Notes under the pieces: generated by a model
The model's database searches: none
What the model saw: only the letters and a program-made list of their open reading frames with translations
What the model was told of the DNA's origin: nothing
Program-made: the position numbers and the translations under genes
In this document: piece by piece, positions 42,494-45,226 of the stretch
How the letters are laid out: every line of letters starts with the position of its first letter
How positions within the stretch are numbered: the stretch's first letter is position 1
Virus record (IMG/VR): IMGVR_UViG_3300035181_001114
Location: 1-45,226 of that record
Length of the DNA stretch: 45,226 bases
Strand: one strand, 5' to 3'
Origin: a virus

Positions 42494-42885
42494 AAACATT
42501 GAGATAGGGGATTAAGCAAAATCCGCGTGATCTAACGCAAGATGGTTTCATTAAGGCGATCAAATCACTTGAAGACTTTCCAGAAATGTTGGAAGTTAGA
42601 ACTTTAGTAGTTGTACCTGTAGTAATTGGCGGCAATCAACGTTTAAGAGCATTAAAGCATTTTGGGTATTATTCTAAGGTGCCATGCTGGGATACCGAAT
42701 TATTACTTGATTGGGGTATGGATTTACCAGTTAATTTAAATGCATTAGATATTGAAGATACTGCCGTTGTTAATAAAGATTCAATATTTGGGATTAAAAT
42801 TGAAACAGAAAATAAAATGAATTTTGATAGCATAAAAAAAGAACTAGACAGATTAAAAATTTCTTATACTGAGTTTGAAAAATAA
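42486..42885 (+). pseudogene. ParB-like nuclease-domain gene interrupted by a +1 frame break at a G4 run
   Basis: ATG 42486 gives MIENIEIGD then a stop at 42513. The next frame reads IKQNPRDLTQDGFIKAIKSLEDFPEMLEVRTLVV..VIGGNQRLRALKHFGY. Removing one G of GGGG (42507-42510) joins them into a typical ParB-N start. Confidence 0.6.
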
Positions 42886-43203
42886 ATGTATATTACACGT
42901 TCTCCTAATTTAGTTTATATTCCGCTTGATGTGTTTAATAAAATTAGAACAAACACATTAATAAAAATTATTTTTATTGGTAAAGAAAATCAACAAATAT
43001 CTTTAGATTTATTAAAGGGCGTAGTAGTAACCGATCAAATAAAATCTAAACCTAAAATGTTTCCGGTATCAAAAAGAATTGGTAACGGTTTAATTGAGCA
43101 AATAATACATGGAACATTGAACCAATTCAAAATTGGTAATTTACTTATAAAACCCATTTCAGAATTATTTAAGGAGCCCGCTGATGAAGAAAGTAAAATT
43201 TAA
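42886..43203 (+). CDS. Hypothetical protein
   Basis: 105 aa. The start abuts the upstream stop (TAAATG). Confidence 0.5.
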   Translation: MYITRSPNLVYIPLDVFNKIRTNTLIKIIFIGKENQQISLDLLKGVVVTDQIKSKPKMFPVSKRIGNGLIEQIIHGTLNQFKIGNLLIKPISELFKEPADEESKI

Positions 43204-43591
43204 TGTAACCACATCCGTTCATATGATACCCGATGAAGTTTATCAAGATTTTAAAGATAAAATGTTAGAAATGAAATTTAAATCATTTAAAGACTATCAG
43301 CAACGCTTATTAGCGGGATCTGAATTTGAGATGAAAGATGTTCGCATTGGTGACATAGTAGAAGTGCCAGATTGGTATTTTGAAGCTCATAAAAACGATA
43401 TGCTAACGACTAGTGTGTTTATCGAAAATTATAAAGACAAAATGGGGCGTCCGCATTCTTTTGATATGCAAGATGCTATCAAGCATGGTCATGTTACAGA
43501 AGATACTAAACCTACTCGTCAAATCTCTAGATTTACAATCATAGAAGAGCCAGCATTAACTCATAAGAAAAGCACACAAAGAGCTGAATAA
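43184..43591 (+). CDS. Hypothetical protein
   Basis: 135 aa with an AAGGAG RBS. It overlaps the upstream gene by 20 nt. Confidence 0.5.
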   Translation: MKKVKFNVTTSVHMIPDEVYQDFKDKMLEMKFKSFKDYQQRLLAGSEFEMKDVRIGDIVEVPDWYFEAHKNDMLTTSVFIENYKDKMGRPHSFDMQDAIKHGHVTEDTKPTRQISRFTIIEEPALTHKKSTQRAE

Positions 43592-43766
43592 TGGGTAAAT
43601 ATTTATCAATCATCTGAAAAGTTGAAAAGTTATTAGCTATACAAATTAAAAAATTGTTTTAATAGTGAATTAGAAAAATTAAATTTAATAAAAGAAATTT
43701 ATATTTATTGCGTCAAAATTTTATTGAATCTCAATTAGGCTGTACTTTCAAAAGGATTATCATTTA

Positions 43767-44288
43767 ATGGCTTACCCCTTAAAAATTTGGAAAGAAGCCC
43801 AAGCGTTATTTGAGATGGGGGAAAGTTGTGCGGAAGTGTCAAAAAAAGTCAAAATACCTCGCACCGCGATTGTAATGAGAGCAAAAAAAGAGCACTGGGA
43901 TAATAAAAAATTGACAACTATTGTGGCTGAAAAGGCTGAGGCTCTAACGATGTTACATAATGTGCAAGAAAAAATTGACAAAATTGATGAAAAGGCGCAG
44001 GCATTAGTTAAAAATAAAGTTGATGAAATTTTACAGTTAAATAATATTGTTGATAATTTCATTAAAGACGCTGTTAATTTAAATATGAAGAATCTCAGAG
44101 CTACTTTAAATGAGCCGGACGATTTTAAACGTATTATTATGGCTAATAAAATGAAGGCTACTATGCCAGATTTAGCTTCAATTGCAGGCAATAGACCTTC
44201 TATAAAAGCGCCTAACGATGAGGATGACGAAGAGAAAAGCGAAGGCATACATTTTTATTTACCAGATAACGGAAGGGGTAAGAAATGA
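43767..44288 (+). CDS. Putative terminase small subunit (HTH N-terminus)
   Basis: 173 aa. IWKEAQALFEMGESCAEVSKKVKIPRTAIVMRAKKEHW is an HTH typical of small terminases, followed by a coiled-coil middle and an acidic tail. It lies upstream of terL across the junction, with one gene between them. Confidence 0.4.
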   Translation: MAYPLKIWKEAQALFEMGESCAEVSKKVKIPRTAIVMRAKKEHWDNKKLTTIVAEKAEALTMLHNVQEKIDKIDEKAQALVKNKVDEILQLNNIVDNFIKDAVNLNMKNLRATLNEPDDFKRIIMANKMKATMPDLASIAGNRPSIKAPNDEDDEEKSEGIHFYLPDNGRGKK

Positions 44289-45184
44289 ACATATTACAAG
44301 AGATTAGAAAATTAACAAACGAATGTTTGGTGCTTTTAGAAAAAAATAATAAGCAAAAATTTAAAAAAGGCGATCAAGTTAAAATTAAAGGCCCTACAAT
44401 CGGCAAGAGTAATGAGCGTTACGATGGAATAATTGGAACAGTTACAGAAAATAAGGTTAACTCATTTGGAAATTTAATAGTGGGTGTTGAAATTACAATT
44501 GCCACATTTATTAATTTTGGTTTTAGTGATGTAAGACATACAGAGAGTGAAACAATGATCCAATATTTTTCCCCAGATGCTTTAGAGTTATTTGAAGCAA
44601 CTGATAAACCAGAACTTAACTTTAAGAGGGGTGACAAAGTAAAGATTTTGAAGGATCCTTATCAAAATCATATCAACTATAAAGTAGGCGATAAGGTAGA
44701 AATACTGTCGGATGCTTTAATAAAAGAATTAGAAACCGTTTGCAGCAGTGGTGTAATAAAAAGCGCGGTTGGAAAAATTGGGGTGATTGAATCTTTCTCA
44801 GATTCAGGAGTGAGAGTTAAAGATTTACCACCTGAATGTGTGAGTTATTTTTGCCCAACGTGGTTTTATAAATTTGACCAAGTGAAACTTGTTGATTCAG
44901 AAATTGACACATCAGGGCAATCAGAACGTAAGAGCAACGCTAAAAGAATGGTAAATGAACTATCAAAAACCAAAGAAATCAAATATTTCGATTTTGCCAA
45001 AGCCTTGAAATATGCGAAAAAAGGATATACGATTGCTGATAAAGACGATGAAAATAACAAATTTTGGTATGAAGATAAAGTATATTACAATTCAAATGGT
45101 GAAGTAGATTCACTTATTATTGAAAAGCCTCATTTAAATTTATGGTACATTTGTAAACTACCGGGTGTTACTCATTCTGCATAG
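44285..45184 (+). CDS. Multi-domain protein: repeated KxGDxVKI SH3/KOW-like modules plus a C-terminal DUF2829-like segment
   Basis: 299 aa. FKKGDQVKIKG, FKRGDKVKILKD and KVGDKVEILSD recur. C-terminal FDFAKALKYAKKGYTIADKD loosely resembles the DUF2829 start (F.eAl.alk.Gk.v.R). The ORF ends inside the terminal repeat. Confidence 0.5.
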   Translation: MNILQEIRKLTNECLVLLEKNNKQKFKKGDQVKIKGPTIGKSNERYDGIIGTVTENKVNSFGNLIVGVEITIATFINFGFSDVRHTESETMIQYFSPDALELFEATDKPELNFKRGDKVKILKDPYQNHINYKVGDKVEILSDALIKELETVCSSGVIKSAVGKIGVIESFSDSGVRVKDLPPECVSYFCPTWFYKFDQVKLVDSEIDTSGQSERKSNAKRMVNELSKTKEIKYFDFAKALKYAKKGYTIADKDDENNKFWYEDKVYYNSNGEVDSLIIEKPHLNLWYICKLPGVTHSA

Positions 45185-45226
45185 TGCAAATTCATGCCAC
45201 TTTTATTTTGAACAATGAGGAAGTAG
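45100..45226. repeat. Terminal direct repeat copy 2 (identical to 1-127)
   Basis: Exact 127-nt match to the window start. Confidence 0.95.

Noticed and set aside
43616-43748. Tandem GAAAAGTT x2 (43616-43631), and AATCTCAA...CTGTACTTT shared with the 41.7-kb promoter region, considered as a second late promoter or pac site
   Set aside because: Shared 8-9-mers are expected many times by chance in a 45-kb AT-rich genome, and no acceptable -10/-35 pair is present. The evidence is not sufficient without read-terminus or TSS data.
43772-44248. 158-aa antisense ORF inside the TerS-like gene
   Set aside because: The Ser/Leu/Phe-rich product is typical of the complement of a Lys/Glu-rich AT-rich gene. 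It has no RBS and lies fully inside a better-supported + strand gene within an otherwise uniformly + strand block.
1-45226. Lysogeny module, tRNAs, a diversity-generating retroelement near the fibre genes, or a DNA polymerase/helicase
   Set aside because: I found no integrase/recombinase motifs, no CI/Cro pair, no reverse transcriptase or template/variable repeat pair, and no polymerase or helicase motifs in any ORF. This absence is by eye only and should be confirmed with HMM searches.

Overview
The window is a complete, circularly closed genome of an AT-rich tailed phage. The first and last 127 nt are identical, giving a unit length of 45,099 bp. The phage has a contractile tail. A Gram-negative host is inferred from an embedded Rz/Rz1-type spanin pair with a lipobox. 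A rightward block of about 35 kb starts at a consensus promoter plus terminated leader at 41.7 kb. It runs through small genes and a TerS-like gene, crosses the circular junction, and continues with TerL, a MuF-like protein, a prohead protease/scaffold, capsid, a Mu gp29-like portal, neck, sheath, tube, chaperone, tape measure, an SLT domain, a gpD/W/J/I-like baseplate, two tail fibres and a holin/spanin/endolysin cassette. A leftward early block of about 10 kb (29.8-39.9 kb) is driven by two copies of a 112-bp promoter/palindrome module. It encodes a VRR-NUC nuclease, a Nampt-like plus Prs-like NAD+ cassette, RecT with a PD-(D/E)xK exonuclease, a DnaQ-like exonuclease fusion and many small unknown ORFs. 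I saw no integrase, CI-like repressor, tRNA, CRISPR array or reverse transcriptase. The main items for follow-up are: (1) the translationally coupled Prs-like/Nampt-like pair with no NMNAT, which fits NARP1-type NAD+ reconstitution counter-defence; (2) the perfect sigma70 promoter, ~93-nt structured RNA and intrinsic terminator just upstream of the late block, which could be an antitermination switch or an sRNA; (3) the duplicated early promoter/operator modules; (4) an iteron array, (GAGAAA)n tract and GC palindrome inside the replication gene; (5) three frame breaks (chaperone A_AAA_AAG, tape measure/SLT, ParB-like G4 run); (6) Asp-box propellers in the sheath and a fibre, and a C1q-like fibre tip; (7) an 82-aa protein made almost only of G/Y/D/S. 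All functional calls come from reading motifs by eye and from synteny; no database search was run.
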